Of a stretch of 64,000 bases of DNA, positions 51,024 to 63,511 are shown piece by piece. The position numbers were made by a program, and so were the translations under genes. The first letter of the stretch is position 1, and each line of letters starts with the position of its first letter. Below the pieces are notes generated by a model. It did not search any database. It saw only the letters and a program-made list of their open reading frames with translations, and was not told where the DNA came from. The stretch comes from Felis catus (Eukaryota), in contig NC_058368.1 of assembly GCF_018350175.1 (NCBI RefSeq), forward strand, positions 140,556,001 to 140,620,000, in the 5' to 3' direction.

Positions 51024-51190
51024 TATTATTTATATACTACTATAAATATATTACTATATTTATATAATATATATTATATATATAATATATCCACTATTAT
51101 TTATATATATATTACTATATATTACTATATATATTATATATATTATATATTATATATATTATATATAGTAATATATATATTTATATATAT
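51024..51190. repeat. AT-rich (TA)n-like low-complexity tract
   Basis: About 165 bp almost exclusively A/T. Confidence 0.95.
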
Positions 51191-51420
51191 GTTTTCCTAG
51201 GCTTATAAGGAGTGGTAGGGTGAAAATCTCAAACATGACAGTTAGCCAGTTTCAAGCCTGAATTTAGTGATCCCTCATTCGGTCACAGATAAAGGATCAT
51301 CGCCACCACTTCCTACACTGAATGATGTTTTTCCCTCTCAAGCTACACTCTGTAGGCACTCTGTGCGCCTTTAAGCACGCAGAATTTTCAGGAAATTGGT
51401 CATAATCAGGAAAACAATTT

Positions 51421-51568
51421 TTTTCAATAGTTTGTTTATTTGGCAAGCGAGTGGTGCTCTGTTAGTGCAGAACCCAGCACGGGGCTCAAACCCACAAACG
51501 GTGAAGTCGTGACCTGAGCTGAAACCAAGAGTCAGACACTCAACTGACTGAGCCACCCAGGCATCCCA
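51421..51568 (-). mobile_element. SINEC (internally deleted)
   Basis: TSD AGGAAAACAATTTT. Confidence 0.88.
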
Positions 51569-51601
51569 GGAAAACAATTTTAAACTGAACGTGATGTTAT
51601 T

Positions 51602-51815
51602 GGGGCGCCTGGGTGGCTCAGTCGGTTAAGCGGCCGACTTCGGCTTAGGTCATGATCTCGCGGTCCATGAGTTCTAGCCCCACGTCGGGCTCTGTGCTGA
51701 TGGCTCAGAGCCTGGACCCTGCTTCAGATTCTGTGTCTGCCTCTCTCTGACCCTCCCCTGTTCATGCTGTGTCTCTCCCTGTCTCAAAAATAAATAAACG
51801 TTAAAAAAAATAAAA
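51602..51815 (+). mobile_element. SINEC
   Basis: TSD TAAACTGAACGTGATGTT. Confidence 0.93.
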
Positions 51816-52070
51816 TAAACTGAACGTGATGTTCCTTTTTTTAACCTCTGCTGTTAGCAATCCAAAGATGCTATTCAGAAGTCAAAATACATAGTGAATA
51901 AATATGTACGTAGAAGCCTGATCTTTATTTCCATGGTGCAATGCAAAAGCCAACTAAACTATTGAGTTTCTTTACTTTAGGCTAGAGTAGCTCATGGTAG
52001 CTTACGGTTGCAACATTGGTTCTGTGATTTTTAACTGGGAAAATTGACTGTTGAGAAATGACAGTTTCTT

Positions 52071-52289
52071 TTTTTTTTTTTTTTTTAAACGTTTATTTAT
52101 TTTTGGGATAGAGAGAGACAGAGCATGAACGGGGGAGGGGCAGAGAGAGAGGGAGACACAGAATCGGAAACAGGCTCCAGGCTCCGAGCCATCAGCCCAG
52201 AGCCTGACGCGGGGCTCGAACTCACGGACCGCGAGATCGTGACCTGGCTGAAGTCGGACGCTTAACCGACTGCGCCACCCAGGCGCCCC
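52071..52289 (-). mobile_element. Young felid SINEC
   Basis: Near-consensus; TSD GAAATGACAGTTTCTT. Confidence 0.95.
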
Positions 52290-52680
52290 GAAATGACAGT
52301 TTCTTAATATATCAAGGTGGATAATTTTTTTTCCCTAAAATTCCCCGACCAAGGCAAGTAATTGAGGTGGTTGACCAAACTCTGTCTTCCATAATAAAGA
52401 GGGTCAGAGGTCAGAAATGAGGTATAAGAGTGCCGTGGCAGTGACTGGACACAGAGGGAGGTTTTTCAGTAGGTGCTGTGGAGCCTTACGAAAAATGGAC
52501 AGGTGAGGAGGGATTTTACAACATTCTGATTCAACCCCTATACCACCTTATCAAGAAAATGTATAGTGAAAATGTGTGTTATTCATCAGGGTTTCTGGAA
52601 GGAACAAGAAAAATGAGAAGGGTTGAGAACCATGGTTGAGAACCATGGTAATTCTGAATTTTATCACATAAAACTTATCT

Positions 52681-52810
52681 GGGGGATGTCTGGGTGGCTC
52701 ACTTGGTTAAGCATCTGACTCTTGATCTCAGCTCAGGGCTTGATCTCAGTGTTGTGAATTCAAATCCCACGTTGAGCTCCATGCTGGGCTTGGAGCCAAC
52801 TTAAAAAAAA
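52681..52810 (+). mobile_element. Short older carnivore SINE
   Basis: tRNA-like body, A tail; similar to the 47416 copy. Confidence 0.85.
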
Positions 52811-52973
52811 ATTACCTACAGCCTCAACAGAGTCAAAACATGCAAAGGCAAGGAAAATTAGTAACTGAGGGGGAAGAAAGCGGTTTCGTAGAGTTGAGGA
52901 CTTCAAGGGTTTTTTTTTTTCCTTAAGTTGGGTACAAGGTTGGATTTTGAGGTACTTTCATTAAACAGCGCTT

Positions 52974-53077
52974 GTTTCCAATTCTGTGTCTCCCTCTCTC
53001 TCTGACCCTCCCCCATTCATGCTCTGTCTCTCTCTGTCTCAAAAATAAACAAACATTAAAAAAAATTTTTTAAAAAA
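52974..53077 (+). mobile_element. 5'-truncated SINEC
   Basis: Only CT tract and tail; imperfect TSD AAACAGC..TTGT. Confidence 0.85.
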
Positions 53078-53290
53078 ACAGCATTTGTACATAAAGTATC
53101 TTTAAGAAAAAAATGTAATATAAGTGAGCTTGTTGTATGTTCACAAAGGTGTGAAAGAACATTTCATGTGTCTTTCTCCTTTTTAACCTTATAGCATCTA
53201 CTTTTGGCCATGTGCCAAATTTGAGATGCACAAAATGAACAAAGAGTGAGTGTCTCTGATTAGTATTAATGATTCTCTTCTCTTCCACAG

Positions 53291-53415
53291 TTACACAAAT
53301 GCACTATTCACCATGAAGCTGGAAGCCTTATCCCAAGGGCAAGAGAATTTAAGCTGGAATGAAATTCAGAAGTGTATAGATATGGTGAATATTCAAATTC
53401 AAGAAGAAAACGATC
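53291..53415 (+). CDS. IQGAP2: IQGAP2 coding exon (approx. exon 12)
   Basis: ccacag|T TAC ACA...GAT C|gtaagt; 125 bp; YTNALFTMKLEALSQGQENLSWNEIQKCIDMVNIQIQEEND; ends in phase 1; the next exon lies beyond the window. Confidence 0.96.
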
Positions 53416-53708
53416 GTAAGTATGGAACACGTTCCTTCTCATAGTATAATGAGCAACTGAGGTTTCTGGACTACTTAGGTCCCTAGATTAGGAATGCAGA
53501 TTTTTGCTCATGGAGCCCCAAGAGAGCACTCTTCCCTGATACGCATGTGTATATATAAATTTTTTGCCTGTAATACTGTGTCACCGTATATGCATTACAA
53601 AGCATACATAAAAAGACGTAAAAGGATGGGATAAAAATATGTAAACAGAAGTCCTCATGGTTTCTTATTTATACTTCACAGGTGAATACTCTAGTTAACT
53701 CAGTTTTT

Positions 53709-53918
53709 AAAATTTTTTTGAATGTTATTCATTTTGGAGAGAGACACAGAGCATGAACAGGGGAGGGGCAGAGAGAGAGGGGGAGACAGAATCTGAAGCA
53801 GGCTCCAGGCTCTGAGCTGTCAGCACAGAGCCCGACACAGGGCTCGAACCCACGAACGGTGAGATCATGACCTGAGTGGGAGTCGGACGCTTCACTGACT
53901 GAGCCACCCAGGTGCCCC
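53709..53918 (-). mobile_element. SINEC
   Basis: TSD TAACTCA(G/A)TTTTT. Confidence 0.92.
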
Positions 53919-53980
53919 ATAACTCAATTTTTTAGATGCTCAACTTTATTTTGATCTTTTATTTGGGCTTTTTTTTTTTT

Positions 53981-54195
53981 AATTTTTTTTTTCAACGTTT
54001 ATTTATTTTTGGGACAGAGAGAGACAGAGCATGAACGGGGGAGGGGCAGAGAGAGAGAGAGACACAGAATCAGAAACAGGCTCCAGGCTCCGAGCCATCA
54101 GCCCAGAGCCTGACGCGGGGCTCGAACTCACGGACCGCGAGATCGTGACCTGGCTGAAGTCGGACGCTTAACCGACTGCGCCACCCAGGCGCCCC
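53981..54195 (-). mobile_element. Young felid SINEC inserted in a T-run
   Basis: Near-consensus; T12-13 on both sides. Confidence 0.94.
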
Positions 54196-54882
54196 TTTTT
54201 TTTTTTTTGAAGTTTGAACATGTTCCTACCCTAAGAAGAAATTGGAACAAAAACTAACTGTTGCTTTAGGATCACATACCATGATTGATGATTGACTGTG
54301 TATCTAGAAATTATGAGCTACCTGCGTGAAAATGGACAATCCCAAGAAGATATGCTCTGAAACATGCTTTCTTGAAGATACACTTGCCTCCTTATCATTT
54401 GCCTCTTGCTTGCAAAAACAGAGTGTGGAATCAAGAGCTCTGTAACTGAGCAGTTAGTGTAGTCACTGCTTTCCTGTAGCATGAACTATCAAATTCAAGT
54501 TCCACGTGGTCTGTTTCATCATAAAAACAAACTAGCACCATCATCTTTGGCTTCCTCTGAGCTCTTTGATTTGTCAGCAACATTTAGATTAAGATCGCTG
54601 ATGTCCGTGACCTCCCCTCTGTCCTCCATCTTTGACCTATAACTCATTCTAAGTTTGCTGACTGAATAGGCAGATAGCTCTCTCACACGTTTAGGCTGTT
54701 CTAGTGCGTTTTGGTGAGGTCTTAGGTCTGGTCTTCTAAGGCAGAATCTAACTTTGGGATAGTAAAATCCCTGTTGAGATAAAAACATATGACTTTGTTA
54801 TTTAATTGCATTTGCATAATCTGCTTTGCTTTCTTTACTCTTTCCTATGAGCCCTGTGCCCAGCATCATGGCAGGGTTTGTT

Positions 54883-54923
<41 letters not shown>
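54883..54923. repeat. (TTG)n microsatellite
   Basis: About 13 units. Confidence 0.95.
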
Positions 54924-56589
54924 AAACATCTTGCTCTAGGTGCCTAATAGATAACATGTATTCAGATATGCTGCCTTGACATCATATTCACAGATGGGCC
55001 GCTGTTAACACATATATCCAGGCAGTTTCTTCATTTTGTCCTTTTTAAGTTCTATAAACCTAAATTTCCTCTTCTCTGACCACACAGCTTGCTGCTGCCT
55101 CTCTGCGTGTCCTTGGAGACATTTTGGAATCCCTGCAATCGGACAGTTTGCACACAGCCCACTTAGCTTTTTTCTGACACGTTGCCTTGGTGGTTCTTGC
55201 CAGATGTTAGTCAAGAGGGAAGCACTAATGTGAGCAGATGTTTGATATCGTCTGGTCTGGACGGACACTAGTGTATGTCCTGTTACAAAGTTCACACCCC
55301 CAGCCCCCTGCCCTCCTGCCCTGCTACTTGACTCCCAGCTGCACACTCTTGAGTTTCCTGCAGCAATTGTTTGAGTGCTTTGGCTAATGCAATTCAAGAG
55401 TAGGACTGCTCTGTTTCGGTAAGCAAAACTAAGAATCAGGTCCCATCTTTGTTTTCTCATTTTTTCCTAGTTCTTGCTGGCAATACCCACAGTCCAGGCC
55501 TTTGGTAATTTCTATATGTGCTGCTTTTATGGCAAAGGTGCATTAGTTCTCAGTGCTAAATGGTTGCACTTTTACTCCCATTCTGGACGTTAATTAAAAA
55601 GCAGGGTGGAGGATGCCATTTTTGTTGCAGACTATCCAGTAGAGCTTTTGCTTTTTTTTAGGAAAAGAAAAACAAGTAACATTTGTATCCCTTAAAAAAA
55701 GAATGGCTTTTTGTTAGGTGGGTGTTATATCTAAGCAGAAATATTTTTGGATTGGTATCTCTGGATTGGTATGGATTTGTCTGTATAGGCATCAACACTA
55801 CATGTATTTTCCATGGGCTGTACGTCACATGGCTGTTATCATATTTCCTTTGATTATCTTGTCATGAAGGTCATATGCCATAACCACAATAGTTATTTCA
55901 GAGACTTCTTTATCATATTTCCTTTCTAGAATTTGCAGAACTCATTGCAGAATATATAATTTCTCTGTGCTTTGGTTTGTTTTATTAGGTCACGATGAGG
56001 TATTTTTGTTCAAAGTTCTTGAATTCTTGAGTGTGATATCCTCTGTTTATGTAATTGTTTTAAAAGCTACATAAAAATATACACCATTGTGAACAGACAT
56101 AAATTACACAGTATAGTAATTAAACCACCCCAAAGAGCTAAGGATTTTTCATGGACACCTTGAAAGTGTTTTACCCTTCCCACCCTGCCCCTGCCACACA
56201 CACACTTCAAGGTCTAATCCTGTGTCTGAATTGTGATGTGGATAAGGTACCACAGCTAATGGAAGTGCTAAATGTGGAAGGTGCATTTAATAGAGAAGAT
56301 GCTAAGTGCATTTCCTCAGACTTGGAGGCTCTGTTGATTTCTTCCTGGAAAGTTCACTTTTCCTGGTGGAGCCAGAGAGGAGCATCAGTTTAACCACGTA
56401 GCCGAAACAAGGTAGTTTTGGTCCTTTGAATTTTTGCTTTTTTAATTTAGTAGGTACTTGTCTTTGTAGGTTAACTCATCTGCTATCTCAAATGCATGAG
56501 CTGTAAGAGAATATCCACTGTCTCACTGGAATAGAACGTTATAGTCTCTGTGATGGTTTAAAGAAGTGGGTCATGAACTGGGGCTCAGC

Positions 56590-56640
56590 AATGGGATTTT
56601 CCCTTCTCTTATAAACAGAGGAAGTGATGCGCATGTGCCC
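56590..56640 (+). promoter_or_regulatory. Candidate internal promoter motif cluster upstream of the MHSLP exon
   Basis: GGGATTTTCC (NF-kB consensus) 56593-56602, TATAAA 56610-56615, GAGGAAGT (ETS/PU.1) 56618-56625, TGCGCATGTGC (NRF1-like) 56628-56638, in non-repetitive DNA. Confidence 0.45.
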
Positions 56641-56763
56641 TGGTGGCTTCTGGGTAGGTCTTACATGTCCTGTGAGGTCATTTACTATGACCTCAGTAGC
56701 TTGTGTTCTTAGAAACATATCAAACAAAAACTTAAACAAGTGGTTTCAACCAAGTCAGCTGGA

Positions 56764-56779
56764 ATGCACTCACTCCCAG
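56764..56779 (+). CDS. IQGAP2: Probable coding part of an alternative first exon of a short IQGAP2 isoform (MHSLP-)
   Basis: ATG CAC TCA CTC CCA G|gtgact; phase-1 donor like exon 12, so compatible with the next exon; matches my recollection (unverified here) of a human short isoform beginning MHSLP. Confidence 0.65.
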
Positions 56780-57404
56780 GTGACTGGCCATTAGGAACAC
56801 ATATTCTCTTTCTCAGACATAGTTCTGTTAGGATCATTTTTGGATGGGGTGTTTAAAAGTATTTGGAACAGTCTACCGAAGAGACTTCATGTCCAGGGAA
56901 TGATATGAAGTATCCCATGCTCTCCAGGTTGTAACTACTACAGGGTAAAACGATAATACCTTGTATGTGGATAGTACTTAGACTTTCCTCAGTTCTTCCA
57001 ATGTTTTCAGATCATGTAACTTGAGTGTTAGGGAACTACTTTTGCTTTTTCTTCAAACATGTTTAAGTGTTAGAATCTAGAATAATTTCTGGCCTTTTAG
57101 ATCATCCCTTTTCTTCTACAGATAAATCTCTTCATTCTTAGCGTTTGAATATCGGGATGAAGATACTTCTTAAAAATTATAACTACTTTATTCCATAGCG
57201 TGTCACATTTGTAAAGTGACTTATGATTGTGTTTGAAAAAATAACTGACAGAATGAGAAATAGTGAGTTTGGCTTCAGGAATATTTATTTTCAAAACTTA
57301 CTGCTTGTTAATGTTTACCTTCTTTCCTAGTTCTTGTACATCAGCACTAAGCTGGGAAGTGAAAAAACCCCGTTTGTGTGTGTGTGTATATGTGTGTGCA
57401 TATA

Positions 57405-57623
57405 CAGTTGACCCTTGAACAGCGTGGTTTGAACTATACGGTTTTTTTTTAAATCAGTAGAGTACTCTAAATATATTTTCTCTTAGGATTTTCTTAACAT
57501 TTTCTTTTCTCTGGCTTACTCATTGTAAGAATACATGTTACTTGACTATGTTATTACTGAGGCTTCCAGCCAGTAGTAAGCTCTGATTAGTTAAATTTGG
57601 GGGGAGTAAAAAATTATACCTGA
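57405..57623. mobile_element. Tigger2-family non-autonomous DNA transposon, left part (split by L1)
   Basis: TA followed by TIR CAGTTGACCCTTGAACAGCGTGGTTTGAAC; continues after the L1. Confidence 0.85.
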
Positions 57624-57856
57624 TTTTTTTTCAATATATGAAATTTATTGTCAAATTGGTTTCCATACAACAGCCAGTGCTCATCCCAAAAGGTGCCCTC
57701 CTCAATACCCATCACCCACCCTCCCCTCCCTCCCACCCCCCATCAACCCTCAGTTTGTTCTCAGTTTTTAAGAGTTTCTTATGCTTTGGCTTTCTTCCAC
57801 TCTAACCTCTTTTTTTTTTTTTCCTTCCCCTCCCCCATGGGTTTCTGTTAAGTTTC

Positions 57857-60800
57857 TCAGGATCCACATAAGAGTGAAACGATATGGTATCTGTCTTTCT
57901 CTGTATGGCTTCTTTCACTTAGCATCACACTCTCCAGTTCCATCCACGTTGCTACAAAGGGCCATATTTCATTCTTTCTCATTGCCACGTAGTACTCCAT
58001 TGTGTATATAAACCACAATTTCTTTATCCATTCATCAGTTGATGGACATTTAGGCTCTTTCCATAATTTGGCTATTGTTGAGAGTGCTGCTATAAACATT
58101 GGGGTACAAGTGCCCCTTTGCATCAGTACTCCTGTATCCCTTGGGTAAATTCCTAGCAGTGCTATTGCTGGGTCATAGGGTAGGTCTATTTTTAATTTTT
58201 TGAGGAACCTCCATACTGTTTTCCAGAGCGGCTGTCCCAGTTTGCATTCCCACCAACAGTGCAAGAGGGTTCCCGTTTCTCCACATCCTCTCCAGCATCT
58301 AGAGTCTCCTGATTTGTTCATTTTGGCCACTCTGACTGGCGTGAGGTGATATCTGAGTGTGGTTTTGATTTGTATTTCCCTGATGAGGAGCGACATTGAG
58401 CATCTTTTCATGTGCCTGTTGGCCATCCGGATGTCTTCTTTAGAGAAGTGTCTATTCATGTTTTCTGCCCATTTCTTCACTGGGTTATTTGTTTTTCGGG
58501 TGTGGAGTTTGGTGAGCTCTTTACAGATTTTGGATACTAACCCTTTATTTAATATGTCGTTTGCAAATATCTTTTCCCATTCCGTTGGTTGCCTTTTAGT
58601 TTTGTTGGTTGTTTCCTTTGCTGTGCAGAAGCTTTTTATCTTCATGAGGTCCCAATAGTTCATTTTTGCTTTTAATTCCCTTGCCTTTGGGGATGTGTCG
58701 AGTAAGAGATTGCTACGGCTGAGGTCAGAGAGGTCTTTTCCTACTTTCTCCTCTAGGGTTTTGATGGTTTCCTGCCTCACATTCAGGTCCTTTATCCATT
58801 TTGAGTTTATTTTTGTGAATGGTGTGAGAAAGTGGTCTAGTTTCAATCTTCTGCATGTTGCTGTCCAGTTCTCCCAGCACCATTTGTTAAAGAGGCTGTC
58901 TTTTTTCCATTGGATGTTCTTTCCTGCTTTGTCAAAGATGAGTTGGCCATACGTTTGTGGGTCTAGTTCTGGGGTTTCTATTCTATTCCATTGGTCTATG
59001 TGTCTGTTTTTGTGCCAATACCATGCTGTCTTGATGATGACAGCTTTGTAGTAGAGGCTAAAGTCTGGGATTGTGATGCCTCCTGTTTTGGTCTTCTTCT
59101 TCAACATTACTTTGGCGATTCGGGGCCTTTTGTGGTTCCATATGAATTTTAGGATTGTTTGTTCTAGCTTCGAGAAGATTGCTGGTGCAATTTTGATTGG
59201 GATTGCATTGAATGTGTAGATAGCTTTGGGTAGTATTGACATTTTGACAATATTTATTCTTCCAATCCATGAGCACGGAATGTTTTTCCATTTCTTTATA
59301 TCTTCTTCCATTTCCTTCATAAGGTTTCTATAGTTTTCAGCATACAGATCTTGTACATCTTTGGTTAGATTTATCTCTAGGTATTTTATGCTTCTTGGTG
59401 CAATTGTGAATGGGATCAGTTTCTTTATTTGTCTTTCTGTTGCTTCATTATTAGTGTATAAGAATGCAACTGATTTCTGTACATTGATTTTGTATCCTGC
59501 AGCTTTGCTGAATTCATGTATCAGTTCTAGCAGACTTTTGGTGGAGTCTGTCGGATTTTCCATGTATAAGATCATGTCATCTGCAAAAAGTGAAAGCTTG
59601 ATTTCATCTTTGCCAATTTTGACGCCTTTGATTTCCTTTTATTGCCTGATTGCTGATGCTAGCACTTCCAACACTGTTAAACAACAGCGGTGAGAGTGGA
59701 CATCCCTGTCATGTTCCTGATCTCAGGGAAAAAGCTCTCAGTTTTTCCCCATTGAGGATGATGTTAGCTGTGGGCTTTTCATAAATGGCTTTTATGATCT
59801 TTAAGTATATTCCTTCTATCCCGACTTTCTGAAGGGTTTTTATTAAGAAAGTGTGCTGAATTTTGTCAAATGCCTTTTCTGCATCGATGGACAGGATCAT
59901 AGGGTTCTTATCTTTTCTTTTATTAATGTGATGTATCACGTTGATTGATTTGCGAATGTTGAACCATCCCTGCATCCCAGGAGTGAATGCCACTTGATCA
60001 TGGTGAATAATTCTTTTTATATGCTGTGGAATTCGATTTGCTAGTATCTTATTGAGAATTTTTGCATCCATATTCATCAGGGATATTGTGGTTCTCTTTT
60101 TTTTACTGGGTCTCTGTCTGGTTTAGGAATCAAAGTAATGCTGGCTTCATAGACTGAGTCTGGAAGTTTTCCTTCCCTTTCTATTTTTTGGAATAGCTTG
60201 AGAAGGATAGGTATTATCTCTGCTTTAAATATTTGGTAGAACTCCCCTGGGAAGCCATCTGGTCCTAGACTCTTATTTGTTGGGAGATTTTTGATGACTG
60301 ATTCCATTTCTTCGCTGGTTATGGGTCTGTTCAAGCTTTCTGTTTCCTCATGATTGAGTTATGGAAACGTGTGGGTGTTTAAGAATTTGTCCATTTCTTC
60401 CAGGTTGTCCAGTTTGTTGGCATATAATTTTTCATAGTATTCCCTGATAATTGCTTGTATCTCTGAGGGGTTGGTTGTAATAATTCCATTTTCATTCTTG
60501 ATTTTATCTATTTGGGTCATCTCCCTTTTCTTTTTGAGAAGCCTGGCTAGAGGTTTGTCAATTTTGTTTATTTTTTCAAAAAACCAACTCTTGGTTTCGT
60601 TGATCTGCTCTACAGTTTTTTTAGATTCTATATTGTTTATTTCTGCTCTGATCTTTATTATTTCGCTTCTTCTGCTGGGTTTAGGCTGCCTTTGCTGTTC
60701 TGCTTCTAGTTCCTTTAGGTGTGCTGTTAGATTTTCTATTTGGGATTTTTCTTGTTTCTTGAGATAGGCCTGGATTGCAATGTATTTTCCTCTCAGGACT

Positions 60801-61676
60801 GCCTTCGCTGCATCCCAAAGCGTTTGGATTGTTGTATTTTCATTTTTGTTTGTTTCCATATATTTTTTTTATTTCTTCTTGAATTGCCTGGTTGACCCAC
60901 TCATTCTTTAGAAGGGTGTTCTTTAACCTCCATGCTTTTGGAGGTTTTCCAGACTTTTTCCTGTGGTTGATTTCAAGCTTCATAGCATTGTGGTTTGAAA
61001 GTATGCATGGTATAATTTCAATTCTTGTATACTTATGAAGGGCTGTTTTGTGACCCAGTATATGATCTATCTTGGAGAATGTTCCATGTGCACTCGAGAA
61101 GAAAGTATATTCTGTTGCTTTGGGATGCAGAATTCTAAATATATCTGTCAAGTCCATCTGATCCAGTGTATCATTCAGGGCCCTTGTTTCTTTATTGACC
61201 GTGTGTCTAGATGATCTATCCATTTCTGTAAGTGGAGTGTTAAAGTCCCCTGCAATTACCACCTTCTTATCGATAAGGTTGCTTATGTTTGTGAGTAATT
61301 GTTTTATATATTTGGGGGCTCCCGTATTCAGCACATAGACATTTATTATTGTTAGCTCTTCCTGATGGATAGACCCTGTAATGATTCTATAATTCCCTTC
61401 TTCATCTCTTATTACAGCCTTTAATTTAAAGTCTAGTTTGTCTGATATAAGTATGGCTACTCCAGCTTTCTTTTGACTTCCAGTGGCATGATAAATAGTT
61501 CTCCATCCCCTCACTCTCAATCTAAAGGTGTCCTCAGGTCTAAAATGAGTCTCTTGTATACAGCAAATAGATGGGTCTTGTTTTTTTATCCATTCTGATA
61601 CCTTATGTCTTTTGGTTGGCTCATTTAGTCCATTTACATTCAGTGTTATTATAGAAAGATATGGGTTTAGAGTCAT
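57857..61676 (-). pseudogene. L1 ORF2 (endonuclease/reverse transcriptase; disrupted)
   Basis: MTLNPYLSIITLNVNGLN start; split into fragments by frameshifts or stops near 60850, 60360, 60080, 59710 and 59640-59680; C-terminal 572 aa remain open. Confidence 0.95.
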
Positions 61677-61729
61677 TGTGATGTCTGTAGGTTTCATGCT
61701 TGTAGCGATGTCTCTGGTACTTTGTCTCA

Positions 61730-62618
61730 CAGGATCCCCCTTAGGATCTCTTGTAGGGCTGGTTTAGTGGTGACGAATTCCTTCAGTTTTTGTTTGTTTG
61801 GGAAGACCTTTATCTCTCCTTCTATTCTAAATGACAGACTTGCTGGATAAAGGATTCTCGGCTGCATATTTTTTCCTGTTCCTCACATTGAAGATCTCCT
61901 GCCATTCCTTTCTGGCCTACCAAGTTTCAGAGAGATCGGTCACGAGTCTTATAGGTCTCCCTTTATATGTTAGAGCACTTTTATCCCTAGCTGCTTTCAG
62001 AATTTTCTCTTTATCGTTATATTTTGCCAGTTTCACTATGATATGTCATGCAGAAGATCGATTCAAGTTACGTCTGAAGGGAGTTCTCTGTGCCTCTTGG
62101 ATTTCAGTGCCTTTTTCCTTCCCCAGATCAGGGAAGTTCTCAGCTATTATTTCTTCAAGTACACCTTCAGCACCTTTCCCTCTCTCTTCCTCCTCTGGAA
62201 TACCAATTATGCGTAGATTATTTCTCTTTAGTGCATCACTTAGTTCTCTAATTTTCCCCTCATACTCCTGGATTTTTTTATCTCTCTTTTTCTCAGCTTC
62301 TTCTTTTTCCATAATTTTATCTTCTAGTTTACCTATTCTCTCCTCTGCCTCTTCAATCCGAGCCGTGGTTGTCTCCATTTTATTTTGCAGATCATTAATA
62401 GCATTTTTTAGCTCCTCCTGGCTGTTCCTTAGTCCCTTGATCTCTGTAGCAATAGATTCTCTGCTGTCCTCTATACTGTTTTCAAGCCCAGCGATTAATT
62501 TTATGACTATTATTCTAAATTCACTTTCTGCTATATTGTTTCAATCCTTTTTGACCAGTTCGTTAGCTGTTGTTATTTCCTGGAGATTCTTTTGAGGGGA
62601 ATTCTTCCATTTCGTCAT
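61730..62618 (-). pseudogene. L1 ORF1 (disrupted); 3' boundary approximate
   Basis: ATG at 62618 (MTKWKNSPQKNLQE...), in-frame TGA at codon 26 (62541-62543) and another at 62046-62048; contains KRNNLRIIGIPE motif. Confidence 0.9.
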
Positions 62619-63511
62619 TTTGGATAGTCCCTGGAGTGGTGCGGACCTGCAGGGCACTTCTCCCGTGCTGTCTTGAATAACTTGCGTTGGTGGGCGGGGC
62701 CGCAGTGTGACCCGATGTCTGCCCCCAGCCCACCGCTAGGGCCACAGTCAAACTGGTGTGTACCTTCTCTTCCCTTCTCCTAGGGGCAGGATTCTCTGTG
62801 GGGTGGTGTGGCCCCTGTCTGGGGTACTTGCACACTGCCAGGCTTGTGCTTGGGATCTGGCGTATTAGCTGGGGTGGATCACCAAGTGCACAGGGGCAGG
62901 AGGGGCAGGCTCAGCTCACTTTTCCTTTGGAGATCCGCTTCGGGAGGGGCCCTGTGGCACCGGGAGGGAGTCAGACCCACCGGAGGGATGAATCCGCAGA
63001 AACACAGCATTCTGTGTTTGCGAGGTGCAAGCAAGTTCCCTGACAGGAACTGGTTCCCCTGGGGTTTTGGCTGGGGGATGGGCGAGGGAGATGGCGCTGG
63101 CCAGCGCCTTTGTTCCCCTCCAAGCTGCGCTCTGTCATCCAGGACTCAACAACTCTCCCTCCCGTTGTCCTCCAGCCCTCCCGTTCTCCAAGCAGAGCTG
63201 TTAACTTATAACCTCCCAGATGTTAAGTCCCGCTGGCTGGCAGAACCCACGCAGTCTGGCCCCTCCACTTTTCAAGCCAGACTCCGGGGCTCTGCTTGGC
63301 CAGCAGGCTCCCTCCCGCCAGTCCGTGCAGCGCGCACGCCTCTCCGCCCTTCCTACCCTCTTCCGTGGGCCTCTCATCTGTGCTTGGCTGGGGAGAATCC
63401 GTTCTGCTACTCTTCTGGCGATTTTCTGGGTTATTTAGGCAGGTGTGGGTGGAATCTAAGTGATCCGCAGGACGCGGTGAGCCCAGCGTCCTCCTACCCC
63501 GCCATCTTCCC

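Larger units (their letters stand above)
57624..63511 (-). mobile_element. Full-length carnivore/felid LINE-1, inactivated
   Basis: 5' end GGGAAGATGGCG (YY1 motif), GC-rich 5'UTR of about 890 bp, ORF1, ORF2 (endonuclease, RT FADD motif, C-terminal Cys-rich region), 3'UTR with G-rich tract, AATAAA and short A tail; direct repeat TATACCTGA at 57615-57623 and 63512-63520. Confidence 0.97.

Noticed and set aside
50985..51200. Tyr/Ile-rich 71-aa ORF
   Set aside because: Translation of the (TA)-rich low-complexity tract
238..54195. tRNA genes suggested by A/B-box-like motifs (TGGCTCAGTCGG, GTTCGAGCCC)
   Set aside because: All are heads of tRNA-derived SINEC elements followed by CT tract and/or A tail
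57857..59575. 572-aa ORF as an active reverse transcriptase
   Set aside because: Starts just after the FADD catalytic motif; upstream ORF2 is broken by stops and frameshifts
61831..62595. 254-aa + strand ORF rich in Ser/Phe/Leu (and similar ORFs at 58359-60767)
   Set aside because: Antisense shadow of the A-rich L1 ORF1/ORF2
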